From assembly GCF_006345805.1 (NCBI RefSeq), contig NC_043005.1, positions 71,114,001 to 71,178,000 on the forward strand: DNA of 64,000 bases, given 5' to 3'. Below the pieces are notes generated by a model. It had not been told where the DNA came from, did no database searches, and was given only the letters and a program-made list of their open reading frames with translations. The DNA comes from Octopus sinensis. Its lineage: Eukaryota. Below, piece by piece: positions 26,345 through 39,905 of the stretch (positions are counted from its first letter, which is position 1; the number at the start of each line of letters is the position of its first letter). Both the position numbers and the translations under genes were made by a program.

Positions 26345-26692
26345 CTGATACATGGAGCTTCATCAGAGTGAACACAAATGCATAAAATAAAAGAAGAGAA
26401 GAGGGAATAGGAAAGAACAGGGTCTCAAGATGAGGAAAGAAGGCTTAATAAATTAGAGTCATACCATTTTGCAGTGAAGTCGATCAGCAAATGAATAAAC
26501 TAGCAAAATGAACTAGCAAAATAAACTAGAAAAATAATTGGTGGGTTAATCTTTATTTAGGGGTGCCAGGGTGTATAAATAATAAGAAAATATAACTAGT
26601 ATTTAAGTATAACAGGATCCGCCAAAAGTCTAGAAAGAATAGTACTTATGATTTTGTAAATAGTGCTAATTAATATTTATCCAAAAGCATAC

Positions 26693-26784
26693 CTGTACAG
26701 TTCTTGCAATAGTGTACTTACTGATATATTCTAAAGACCAACCACCAGTTGTCCGTAATGGAATTGACCAAAGTCCAGCCATTT
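26693..26784 (-). CDS. Putative exon (MAGLWSIPLRTTGGWSLEYISKYTIARTVQ)
   Basis: Donor CAG|gtatgc. An alternative frame and donor (gtaagt) also exist. Confidence 0.35.
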
Positions 26785-27059
26785 CTATAACTGGTCAGTT
26801 GAATTTAAAACCAAGGGCAAGCTAGGACCGTTAGATGGGTAGATGTAAATAAAGAAGTAAATAAAACAGTAAATAAAAAGTGTGGAGGAGTGGGTTATGT
26901 CATAAGTGACCAAAGGTCACTTGTGTCATTATAAACCATCCCAACATGAATACAAGCAATCACACGAGAGTAAATAACTAACAGTTCAGGGGAGACTATA
27001 TCCATATATATATACACACACACACATATACACACATACATATATATGTATAAATATAT

Positions 27060-27425
27060 ATATTCTTTTATTTGTTTCAGTCATTTTTCTGAGGTCATGC
27101 TGGAGCACTGCCTTTAGTCAAGCAGATCAACCTATTCTTTCTAAGCCTAGTACTTATTCTACCGGTTTCTTTTTGCCGAACTGGTAAGTTACAAGGATGT
27201 AATCATGCCAGCATTGGTTGTCAAGTAATGTTGGGGACACAAACACAGACACACAAACATATATACTCACACACACACACACATATATATACAATGGGCT
27301 TCTTTCAGTTTCCATCTACCAAATCCACTCACAAGGCTTTGGTTGACCCGGGTCTATAGTAAAAGACAGTTGCCCAAGGTGCCATGCAGTGGAACTGAAT
27401 CCAGAACTATGTGGTAGGTAAGCAA
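27060..27425 (-). mobile_element. SINE family B
   Basis: Matches 15088-15500. Confidence 0.8.
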
Positions 27426-28110
27426 GCTACTTACCACACAGCCACATAAAAATTAAAATGAGAAGGAGAGAAATTCTAATTGATGTTACGATCATTTCAG
27501 TAAGCAACCTATTTTTATTCTATACAACATATCAGATATGTAATATGCAATAAAATGAAATAAAATTACAATTGCTACTGCTTGTTCATGTTGTCAGACA
27601 TTATTATTTGAAACAATTGATTTTAAAAATAATATGCAATGCAGTATAGATTTACAAAATTTTATAGATCTGTTCATTCAATTCAAATACACAAGCTGAG
27701 TATAGTCTTTCATGAACTTCATGAGCGAAGTTCTAAGCATTTGAAATGTTGAAGGAGTATATGACCACTCTCCATGAGAAAATAAAAAAACAATATTAAG
27801 ACAAAGCATTTCAGATTTCTTAAAAATATACCATCCAACCCATGCTAGCATGGAAAGCGGACGTTAAACGATGATGATGATGATGATGATGATATTTGTT
27901 TACTGAAGTGATTATATCATCACATTGAAAACAATACAGGCACAGGAGTGGGTGTGTGGTAAGTAACTTGCTTACTAACTGCATGGTTCTGGGTTCAGTC
28001 CCACTGCATGCCACCCTGGGCAAGTGTTGTCTACTATAGCTTCGGGCTGACCAAAGCCTTGTGAGTAGATTTGGTAGATTGAAACTGAAAGAAGCCCATT
28101 GTATATGTAT

Positions 28111-28177
<67 letters not shown>

Positions 28178-28189
28178 TAGTTATATTGG

Positions 28190-28540
28190 TGCAGGAGTGG
28201 CTGTGTGGCATCTTGGGCAAGTGCCGTCTACTATAGCCTCGGGCCAACCAAAGCCTTGTGAGTGGACTTGGTAGATGGAAACTGAAAGTCCATCGTATAT
28301 ATGTATATATATATATATATATGTGTGTGTGTTTGTGTCTCTATTTGTTCCCCCAACATCGCTTGCCAACTGATGCTGTTGTGCATAGGATCCCTGTAAC
28401 TTAGCAGTTTGGCACAAGATTCTGATAGAATAAGTACTAGGCCTACAAAGAATAAGTCCTGGGGTTGATTTGTTTGACTGAAGGTGGTGCTCCAGCATGG
28501 CCGCAGTCAAATGGTTAAAACAAATAAAAGAATAAAAAGA
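28190..28540 (+). mobile_element. SINE family B (a second head-only copy lies at ~27940-28100)
   Basis: gcaggagtggctgtgtgg...ccttgtgagtggacttggtagatggaaactgaaag, internal microsatellite, and tail. Confidence 0.8.
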
Positions 28541-29506
28541 ATTATAAATAAGGAGAAAAGAAAAAAATTTTCCATGCCAATAATGCTGAAAAATAGACTT
28601 TTGTCTATTTCTCAGCATATTGGCATAGAAAATTATTTTCTTTTGCCCTTATTTTTAATTGCTTGTAATTTTCACCTTAAAAGGTATTTTAATATGGTGG
28701 CCACTAACAAGATTGTTTTTTTTTTATATTTTATCCTTATATTAAAAGTAAATTTATTACCAAATTGAATTTTTTTAATCACATTTTAATTATACACTTT
28801 GTGAAGCATATTTTATGCCTATTGACTATACCATGGATTGTGAAGTGCTCCCTTCTATAATCTAATGTATCAATGTATGTATGCATGTACGCATGTGTAT
28901 GTGTGTATGCATATGTGTGTGAGTGTGTGTGTTTAGTTGGTGAATCTGAAGGAAGAGACGGAGCCCAGGTCTCTTTCAAGTCCTATAAGACTATTGAGAT
29001 TGATACTGTAAATATTCTGTTTGAAGTGCAGAAAAAAAGATAGCAGGAAAAACTTGTGGGAGGAGATTCCAGGAGACTGATGTTCAAGGGATAAAATATA
29101 TAAATATGAATGAATGTGTGTGTGTGTGTGTGTAGATGGAGAGAGAGAGAGAGTGAGTTGGGGAAATGGACAGCTAAAAGGGTGGACAAATAAATACTCA
29201 TATACATATATGTATATATGGATACTATGTAATTGGATATTCAAGTGGAGGAGACTAGATAGTGATAGCAGACTTAAGCATGTCCTTATACAATATTTAT
29301 GAAATGCAGAATGCTACTCAAGTTGCACGTCATCTCAGTAAATGAATCTCTCAAGATGCACAGACACACAGACTTTCATACATCAGACATCATTTAATAT
29401 GACTGCTCTCATGTGATTCACACAAGAACAAACATATCCAATAATGTCACTCACTATTTGACAAAGACTTATGTTATTGTATGTATTTCACAAGTTATAT
29501 ACTTAC

Positions 29507-29547
<41 letters not shown>

Positions 29548-29608
29548 ATGTATGTATGTATGTATATATACATATATATATAGATATATATATATATAAT
29601 ATATATTA

Positions 29609-29641
<33 letters not shown>

Positions 29642-30411
29642 ATTACATATATATTATATATAATATATATATATGTATGTATGTATGTATGTATATATCA
29701 TAATATATATATATATATTATATATGTATGTTTGTTATATACATATATATATATGTATATATGTATATACATATATATACATGTATATATTTGCATATAA
29801 ATATACATGTACATGTATATATATATTATATATATGCATATATATATACATGTATATATTTGTATATATATATACGTATGTATATATATGTATGTATTTA
29901 CATATACAGGCATATATGCTTTTAAAAAACATCAGCAAGTGGGCCGACAGCCTATCTACTTGACCAGATTGCATATTTATTTAAGTAAAACAGACACACA
30001 CACACGCGCACACATGCACACACACACACACGCACACACATGCACAAAATACTACACAATTGAAATGAAATGATTAACAATACACTAGCAGAAATATATT
30101 GTGTAAAATTAAAAGAAAGCAACCAAATAAAAAAAGAAAAAAGCTTTAAAATAAATATAAATGCTTTCAAGAGACTGTGAAGAGACAGAGAATAGTCTAT
30201 TTGTAAAAATAATAAATAAATTTCGTTAGAAGAATAATAGAAGTGAAACTGCTTCCAGGCCTATCTGGCTGTAATGCCAACTATTGGAGACAGAATGGAA
30301 AATAATGAATAAATGGAAAAAAATGATAATTTTAATATTAAAAATACAAGAGAAAATACAATGATAATAAAATCATAAAATAGTGCCTGAATAAATGTAT
30401 ATTAATATATA

Positions 30412-30450
<39 letters not shown>

Positions 30451-30478
30451 GTGAAAAGGAACACACGAGTTGATATAT

Positions 30479-32997
30479 ATGAAAAAACAAGTAAAAAATA
30501 GAAAATGCTAAAATAATTTTATAGTGAACATTTCAGTACCGGTTCGGTCATTTTGAGACCTTTTCAACTGTAACGATTAAATAATAAATTTAGAAAAATT
30601 AGAAGAAAAGTTTTTTAAAAGAATATTTCTATAGTAGTGTTCAGATTTAAGTGCATTCTGCCTTTCTCTGACTCCTTGTGTTTGCACTTGTGTGTTCGAG
30701 GTAGTTGTGAGTTCTTGGTAGGGTAGTAGAGGGAAGGCTGGTGAGGAAAGGGGGGTGGGAGAATCTGGGAGTGCCCTGATGGTCGTATTTTGAATGGTCA
30801 GTGGCGGCTGGCAGTCTCAGTTCAATTCAGGAGAAATTTATATTGACAGGCTTGTTTATAGAATTAGCGTAGGTGTTATACTAAAAAACATTAGTGACAA
30901 ACTTAAGGGGTAGGGGGGTGGAGAGAAAGAAGAAGAAGAAGGAGAAGGAGAAGATGATGGTGATGGTGGTGATGATGATGATAACGTTGATGATGAAGAA
31001 GAAGAAGAAGAAGGAGGAGGAGAAGGAGAAGATGGTGGTGATGATGGTGGCGATGATGATGACGCCGATGATGATGATGATACGATGATGATGAAGAAGA
31101 AGAAAACAAAGAGAAGGGAGAATATGAATGGGTGTAAATATAGCTATGAAGGGGCTGATTAGTAATGGATTCTATGGAGTGTAGTATTTGTGTGTGTATA
31201 TATATTTTTTTCTTTTATTCTAAAGTTGAGGTATATTAATTGTTTGTCGTAGACCCGTTAAGAAGTGGCTTGTATTTTGTAATAAGAGATTTCTTTACTT
31301 ATTCTTTGTCTCGAGGTTGTATCGTCCCTAAATGGTAGAGGGGGAAAATTCTGAAGTTTGGTGTTTTTTGTTGGCGCAAGTATCTATGTGTTGGCTAAAA
31401 GCTATTTTTCTGTTTTGGGGAATTTTTTATCTGGGATCTGTGCAGGGCCATTCGTTTACGCAAACCATTTTTTGTTTGGCCTATGTACTGCTCTTGACAC
31501 CCGGAGCAGGTTAGTGAGTATATTAGGTTCTCCGAAGCACATGTGAAGTTGCTTTTCACTGTAAAACCGTTGTCCTGTTTGAAGGAGAACTCAGAACCCT
31601 CGATTAGATAGTCGCATATCCCGCAATTGGGTCTTCCACATTGTTTTTACTGTCGGCTTCTGTGTTGAAGAGTGAATTCGGGTTTGTGTAAGGAGACTTT
31701 TCATGGATCTAGGCTGTCTTTTGCTTTTTATGATCGTGTGTGTTTGGAGGATTGTGTTCATTCTGTGGTCTTTTTTAGGAGGGGTATGTTGTGGAGGATG
31801 GTGTCGAAGGCTTCGTTATTGAGAGGGTTGTGTGTGGAGATGTATGGTAAGGCTTTTGGTTGTAAGTTTTTCTTTGATTGGGATGTCTCAGTTCCTTGAT
31901 GTTAAGTTGAAGGGCACGTTGAATGCACTTGTCAATAAGTGAAGGTGGATAGTTCCTGGTGATTAGGGTATCTTTTAGTTCTTGTAGTCGTGTGTCTCTG
32001 TGGTTTTTGCGTTAGAGACTATAGTGCATATCCTTTTTGCTAGATTGAAGGGGATATTCATCCTGGTGTGTCTGGGGTGGCATGAATTGAATGGAATATT
32101 GCTTAGAGTCTGTAGCTTATAGTATATGTCTGTTTCTATTATATTATTAGCTTTCTTAATGAGGATATCGAGGAAGGGGGTTGTTGTTGGCTATATTCCA
32201 TCGTGAATTGGATGTTTACGTCCAGTCCGTTTAAAATTTTCTGGAATTCTATGAGTTTTTCTATATTTTTATGCCAAAGGATGAACAGTCATCTAGATAT
32301 CTCTTCCAGTTGTTTTCTATGTAGAGGGAAAGGGCTGCCATATCTTTCTAGAACCTTACGATACAGACTGATCTCTAGGTATCCTATGACTAGGTTGGCA
32401 AAGGAGGGGGCCATTCGTGTACCCATCGCAGTCCCCGATTTTTGTCGGTAGAAGTTGTCATTGAAGGCGAAGAAGTTATTTTCCAGGATGATTTAACCCC
32501 TTCTATCACAAATTCTTTTTTGATGCGGTGTGGTAGTTCGTGTGGCGTGATTCTCTAGCCAGAATTGGATTGCCTCTAGTCCTAGGTTGTGGGGGATATT
32601 GGAGTAGAGGTTGACTACATCGAAGGATACCAGTATGGTGTTTTTGTTTATAGTATTCGGTAGGTGATTGAGCATATCTAGTCGTCCCTTATATAGCTTT
32701 TGACATGTTTGAGGAGTGGTTTTAACAGGGTGTCTAAAAAGTTACTGAGGCGGTGGGTTTCGCATGCGGGACCTGCTATTATGGGTCTCAATTTGAGGTC
32801 ATTAGGATTAGGACTTTAATTATTTTGTTCTGTAGCTATCTTGCATGCGTTGCTTATTTTTTCACTTTTGTGATCTTAGGTATACCGTAGAATTGGCTAG
32901 TTTTACTTGTGAAATTGGTCATATAATCATATTCTTTGTCGGTGAGCCCTGCTTGTATGGGTTAATATGGATTTTAGTTCCTCATTATTTTTTGTTG
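30479..32997 (-). mobile_element. Penelope-like element, 5'-truncated (RT + GIY-YIG + 3' region with hammerhead motif)
   Basis: LRPIIAGPACE, LVSFDVVNLYSNIP, GTAMGTRMAPSFANL, RYLDD and IYSLTCSGCQEQYIG. Many 1-nt frameshifts. Confidence 0.9.
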
Positions 32998-34762
32998 CTA
33001 CATAGAAAACACTGGAAGAGATATCTAGATGACTGTTTCATCCTTTGGCATAAAAATATAGAAAAACTCATAGAATTCAGAAAATTTTAAACGGACTGGA
33101 CGTAAACATCCAATTCACGATGGAATATAGCCAACAACAACTCCCCTTCCTCGATATCCTCATTAAGAAAGCTAATAATATAATAGAAACAGACATATAC
33201 TATAAGCCTACAGACTCTAAGCAATATCTTCATTCAATTCATGCCACCCAGACACACAGGATGAATATCCCCTTCAAATCTAGCAAAAAGGATATGCACT
33301 ATATAGTCTCTAACGCAAACACCAGAGACACACGACTACAAGAACTAAAAGATACCCTAATCACCAGGAACTATCCACCTTCACTTATTGACAAGTGCAT
33401 TCAACGTGCCCTTCAACTTAACATCAAGGAACTGAGACATCCCAAATCAAAGAAAAACTTAAAACCAAAAGCCTTACCATACATCTCCACACACAACCCT
33501 CTCAATAACGAAGCCTTCGACCCATCCTCCACAACATACCCCTCCTAAAAAAGACCACAGAATGAAAACAATCCTCCAAACACACGATCATAAAAAGCAA
33601 AAGACAGCCTAGATCCATGAAAAGTCTCCTTACACAAACCCGAATTCACTCTTCAACACAGAAGCCGACAGTTAAAACAATGTGGAAGACCCAATTGCGG
33701 GATATGCGACTATCTAATCGAGGGTTCTGAGTTCTCCTTCAAACAGGGACAACGGTTTACAGTGAAAAGCAACTTCACATGTGCTTCGGAGAACTAATAT
33801 ACTCACTAACCTGCTCCGGGTGTCAAGAGCAGTACATAGGCCAAACAAAAAATGGTTTGCGTAAACGAATGGCCCTGCCACAGATCCCAGATAAAAAATT
33901 CCCAAAACAGAAAAATAGCTTTTAGCCAACACATAGATACTTGCGCCAACAAAAACACCAAATTCAGAATTTTCCCCCTCTACCAATTAGGACGATACAA
34001 CCTCGAGACAAAGAATAAGTAAAGAAAATCTCTTTATTACAAAATACAAGCCACTTCTTAACGGGTCTCCGACAAACAATTAATAGACCTCAACTTTAGA
34101 ATAAAAGAAAAAATATATATATACACACACAAATACTACACTCCATAGAATCCATTACTAATCAGACCCTTCATAGCTATATTTACACCCATTCATATTC
34201 TCCCTTCTCTGTTTTTTTTTTCTTCTTCATCATCATCGTTATCACATCATCATCGGCGTCATCATCATCGCCACCATCATCACCACCATTCTCTTCTCCT
34301 CCTTCTTTTCTTCTTTTCTTCTTCTCCACCCCTACCCCTAAGTTTGTCACTAATTTTTTTAGTATAACACCTACGCTAATTCTATAAACAAGCCTTCAAT
34401 ATAAATATTCTCCTGAATTGAACTGAGACTGCCAGCCGCCACTGACCATTCAAAATACGACCATCAGGGCACTCCCAGATTCTCCCACCCCCTTTCCTCA
34501 CCAGCCTTCCCTCTATACCCTACCAAGAACTCACAACTACCTCGAACACACAAGTGCAAACAAGGGAGTCAGAGAAAGGCAGAATGCCACTTAAATCTGA
34601 ACACTACTATAGAAATATTCTTTTAAAAAAACTTTTCTTCTAATTTTTCTAAATTTAATTATTTAATCGTTACAGTTGAAAAGGTCTCAAAATGACCGAA
34701 ACCGGTACTGAAATGTTCACTATAAAATTATTTTAGCATTTCTATTTTTTACTTGTTTTTTC

Positions 34763-34764
<2 letters not shown>
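32998..34764 (+). mobile_element. Inverted second copy of the same PLE (RT C-terminus + GIY-YIG + 3' region)
   Basis: Reverse complement of 30479-32324. ORFs WKRYLDDCFILW and LPFLDILIKKANNIIETDIYYKPTDSKQYL. Confidence 0.9.
34673..34710 (+). ncRNA. Minimal type I hammerhead ribozyme, U3-A8 core variant
   Basis: cag-TTGAAAA-ggtc(tcaaaat)gacc-GAAA-ccgGTA-ctg. A mirror copy lies at 30534-30570 (minus), one nt shorter. Confidence 0.6.
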
Positions 34765-34821
<57 letters not shown>

Positions 34822-35130
34822 GTGTGTGTGTGTGTGGTGTGGTTGTGTGTGTGGTGTATACATATATATATATATATATTACATATACAAATGTATATTA
34901 ATATATATAAACATATATATATATATATATATATATTTATGTACATGTGAGTGCAAATTTGTATATATTGAAATTATATATTCTCACACATACACACACA
35001 TAAACTCAAATATACTTATACATTGATATACTTATTGATGTAAATATTTATACATCTATATCTATCAATCTATCTACCTACCAATCTATCTGTCTGTCTC
35101 TCTGTCTGGCTGCCTATCTGTCTGTATGTG

Positions 35131-35169
<39 letters not shown>

Positions 35170-35324
35170 TATATATAAATATGTATATATGTATTTATAT
35201 TAAATATGTAATATGTATATATATATATATATATATTTATTATATATATATATTGATATATTATATAAATAGTATATATGTATATAATATATATATATAT
35301 TTATATATATATTATATATATTTT

Positions 35325-35385
<61 letters not shown>

Positions 35386-35396
35386 GTATATATATG

Positions 35397-35427
<31 letters not shown>

Positions 35428-35437
35428 GTATTATATA

Positions 35438-35469
<32 letters not shown>

Positions 35470-35596
35470 ATGTATGTATATATATGTATGTATATATGTA
35501 TGTATATATATGATATATGTATATATATATATATGTTTATATATATATGTATATATATATGTATATATATATGTATATATATAGTATATATATATG

Positions 35597-35630
<34 letters not shown>

Positions 35631-36140
35631 TACCCATGCCAGCATGGAAGGTGGACGTTAAATGATGATGATTGTGATTCATTGATTCATATGTGTATGC
35701 ATATATACATATACATATATTTTTATACATATATATATATAAAACAAAAATAACCAAAGACAATGAAAACTAAAGAAACTGGGAAAATATAAAAATTAAA
35801 TAAATACTAGATAAATTTACCAGAAAAAAATAAATGTTTATGTTGCTTTGAGGCTAATATAGATGTAATGTATGGGGTTTGTATTTGAATGAAATAAATA
35901 AACAAACGAATAAATATTTATTTCAATACTGTTTTATAAGCATTGAACATCTTTGATATAAATTTGATAGGAATTTAACATTTTCCATAACAATAGTAAA
36001 TATTTTATGTCTTATATCTCTTCCTTTCTTTCAGACCAAGACAAAACATTATGTGTATATACATAAGCATATAAATATATACAGATGCGCATAAATATAG
36101 ATGCATGCATACTTATACAAATATATGTATATATATATGT

Positions 36141-36179
<39 letters not shown>

Positions 36180-37319
36180 CACACGCATATATTTTTAAAC
36201 CCAGCAAGAAATGAAATGGGTTTAGTAGAGGGCTGCCTGGGGTAGATTTGCTCGACTAAAGGTGGTGCTCCAGCATGACCACAGTCAAATGACTGAAACA
36301 TGTAAAAAGAGTAAAAGAGTAACGCTAATTTTAATATTGCATGTACCAGCTGCTAATAATGGGTTTAATATTTAAAATTGGCATATCCAGTAATGTAACA
36401 CTGCTATAATTATTGGCTGTTTAAGTAAAAAGTTTGTGGGTGTTTAATGGGCTGGATGTGATGTTAAAGAAGGAGCAAGAACTCCTGGAATATAGTATAT
36501 ACACACATTACCCATTTTCAATTGCATTGTTGTTTACATTTGACATATTAAAAAATTAAGATACTCATCTTCTCTGATTGCATAAACCACAATCAATACA
36601 GGTGCTATAGAACAAAATAACAGAAAATATATCAAAGTCTGTGAAACAGCAAGTTAATCCAGAGTGGGTGTTATCATGCAATTTGACAAAAGAAATTTGT
36701 TCATGTGTTCACACTTGATAAAAATTTCATGTATTTGATAAGGCAAATGTGCTATCTTTAAAATAGATGTTTTATGTTGAATTTGATATTATTGTATCAT
36801 ATGCTCTTGTAGATTATATGCATAAGTATACATAAGGCATCATGTGAGAAAAGCGTTGGCAAGACATGAACATACAGGAAGCTGAAACACCAATAGTAGA
36901 GAAGATAAAATAGAGTTGCAAGATGAAATATAATTATGTTAAAAAAATATGCATTCATAAAGCAGTGAAAAATTACTACCTAAATACTGCCAATAAAATT
37001 TCAGCACACATACACATACTTCAATGCATTTTTAATACAGTTAGTATTTGTTATTAAACACAATATTATTGGAAATACTGGATTCCTATCTACATCTATT
37101 TGTAGTGAAGAATTGAGTTCATCTCATTCACATTATTGTCACCCTTTTGATGCAAACTGAACGAAAGAAGTCTATTGTTTGTTTATGTATAACATGCAGT
37201 TATATAATCAAATATTGTTTCATACAAAATTAAAGTGAAGTGAAGCTTGCCGATACATAGATATTTAATAACAATGTAATCTTAGTATTACTCATGTCAA
37301 AGCAAAGTGCATACCTACA

Positions 37320-37910
37320 CAAATGTGCCCCACCAAATGTGTTTCTTCATAACGTCAAGAAAAATGGATATCTTCCAATGAAATTATATCAAATACACTT
37401 CAGATCGTGTAGATTCATATTATTTCTGAATTTGTTGAGAAAAAGTTTTTCCAGGAGCCAGGAGAGCAGTTTTGGAAAATTCACATTAGCTTTGTTTCCT
37501 CATAACAGTCAGAAAATGGGTACTTTAAAATGAAAATTTCTACAAATGCATTAGACTGTATAAATTACGATTATATTGGAGTTTGATGTGAAAAGAAATA
37601 TGGTGAGCACGCACATATACATACTAACACATCACATTTTTTTTCTTTTTTGTTGATATGTCATAATCTACACTCTCTGAAAAGTGTTTGCAGAAAATTT
37701 TCTAAAAAAAGATGTCCAGTTTTCTGAAAGTTATGAGGGAATAAATGTGATTCATATGAATTTTCCAAAACTCTCCTTGCCACTCATAGGAAAATGTTTC
37801 ACACCAAATTTTGATATAATCAGAATCTATACAATTTGAAGCAAATTTGTAGGAATTTTCATTAAACAATTTCTATTTTTCTGGAAGTAATGAGGAAGCA
37901 AATTCGTTGT
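37320..37910. repeat. Degenerate inverted repeat / fold-back element
   Basis: 37320-37580 aligns with the reverse complement of 37650-37910 (e.g. agttttggaaaattca, cctcataac..tcagaaaa). Confidence 0.6.
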
Positions 37911-39504
37911 ATGGGGATACACATATGTAGATATGCTGAACAATGAACTATTCCTTTCTATAATAGGCAGAAGGCCTGACATTTAGGGTGAAGCCGAAAT
38001 CAAATATTAATTCATAGTAGAATGCCAACAAAGCATGCAACAGATGAAACTGTAAAATTTAAAGCAAACATCTATTAAATGAACTATTGTAAAGCAGTTC
38101 TTAACGGAACATGCATCTAATATTAAAAAAAAAACATTGATGAATAAATGAAGACTATTAACTGAAAAAAAGACAATGAAATAGAAGTTAAAGAGATATT
38201 TTAATGCAATGTTTGTCAAGTATAAATTCACATAACAGGTTACTTGAGTTCGTACATGCACATAGACTGTAGTCCAGTCTTGAGCACTTTGTTTCAGAGG
38301 GGTGAGAATAAAATGAGTTACTGTATATCACTGCACGAACATTACCAGAAGTTCATAAGAAACATATATGTTTTTTTTTTTAATTATATCAAAGATGTAT
38401 ACATTAAAAACCCATGTAATTTGCACACCTGTGTAATTTATGCAGGTGGTTTTCAGGATAAAAATTTTAAAAAGCTTCTACTTGTGTGAAATTCACACCC
38501 AAAAGTTTTCAGCATTGCTGATATGGCCAGAAGAAAAATGTTTTCAATTTAGTTGTATTTAGCATAATTTTACTTACTTATAATTAGATTTTATTAAATT
38601 TTCATTAAATAAAAAACAATTTCTGTTTAACAGGTCACATTGAAAGCTAAAAAATTACGAAGTGTTTGTGTTGTTTGTAATAAACTTTATTTTATATTTC
38701 TTGCCCACAAGAGATTATATCCGATCTTTAGCATACTTCTGTGTTTTCTCAAATCACAATCCCAGGAAAAGCTGTTGATAATGCCTACCAGCAAAAACAA
38801 AGCTGATAAATATGCACAGGTGCTGCAAAATAAGTTTAATTACCAATAAACATCAGCTTTGATGACACTTTACTCAGCCGACAGAGGAAGGTGACCAATC
38901 AGACTGATTATGTAAACAGAATTCTGATTGGTCGAAAGTGTCTTCTTGTCTCAAGCTCTGATTCTCTGCCAATTCATGTCAGAACCTTTTATATGGAGTA
39001 TCAAAATTTAATTCCTTTTACACTTTTAAAATGTCAAGCCAAGTCAAAAAGTTTTCATTACGATTTTAGCCGGGAGACCAAACTGACAGTTTGGTAACCC
39101 ACTAAAATAAACATTAAAAATCGAAAGGAGAAAATAAACAGCTTTGCAAGTTCAACTCGGTGTTTATTGAACAAGAAAGGTGTGAAATTTAAGAAGCGAC
39201 TTGTTAGAATATACATGTCTGTGGGGAGACATAAACAAGAATAGCAAAAATTTACTATACCAAAAGAACTGGTAATACATTCATTACAAGTGTTCTGTGA
39301 AGAGAACATAAGATTGCTGCATAATTCAACACGAATGTGAAACGACATTAAACATTGTTTAAGGTAAATGAAGGTTTCTGTAGGAACGCTAAGTCACTAA
39401 GTCATATTCACTTAGTGAGTTTACATGTGCAAGGACGAATTATGATGTTGTCAGCATTACATGCAGTAAAATATGGCCCAGACAGTGATTACCAACATCT
39501 CTCT

Positions 39505-39905
39505 TTTACTCTCTTTTACTTGTTTCAGTCATTTGACTGTGGCCATGCTGGAGCACCGCCTTTAGTCGAGCAAATCGACCCCGGGACTTATTCTTTGTAA
39601 GCCCAGTACTTATTCTATCGGTCTCTTTTGCCGAACCGCTAAGTGACGGGGACGTAAACACACCAGCATCGGTTGTCAAGCAATGCTAGGGGAACAAACA
39701 CAGACACACAAACACACACACATATATATATACATATATACGACAGGCTTCTTTCAGTTTCCGTCTACCAAATCCACTCACAAGGCATTGGTCGGCCCGG
39801 GGCTATAGCAGAAGACACTTGCCCAAGATGCCACGCAGTGGGACAGAACCCGGAACCATGAGGTTGGTTAGCAAGCTACTTACCACACAACCACTCCTGC
39901 GCCTA
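39505..39905 (-). mobile_element. SINE family B, young copy
   Basis: Near-identical to 53560-53936. Confidence 0.88.

Noticed and set aside
34753-35763. YI-repeat ORFs
   Set aside because: (TA)n microsatellite translations. The same applies at 29.7k and 61-63k.
37312-37367. Apparent exon ISIFLDVMKKHIWWGTFV with a good donor, and a 57-codon frame at 37.7-37.87k
   Set aside because: Both fall in the arms of the 37320-37910 inverted repeat, so the exon-like look is probably coincidental.
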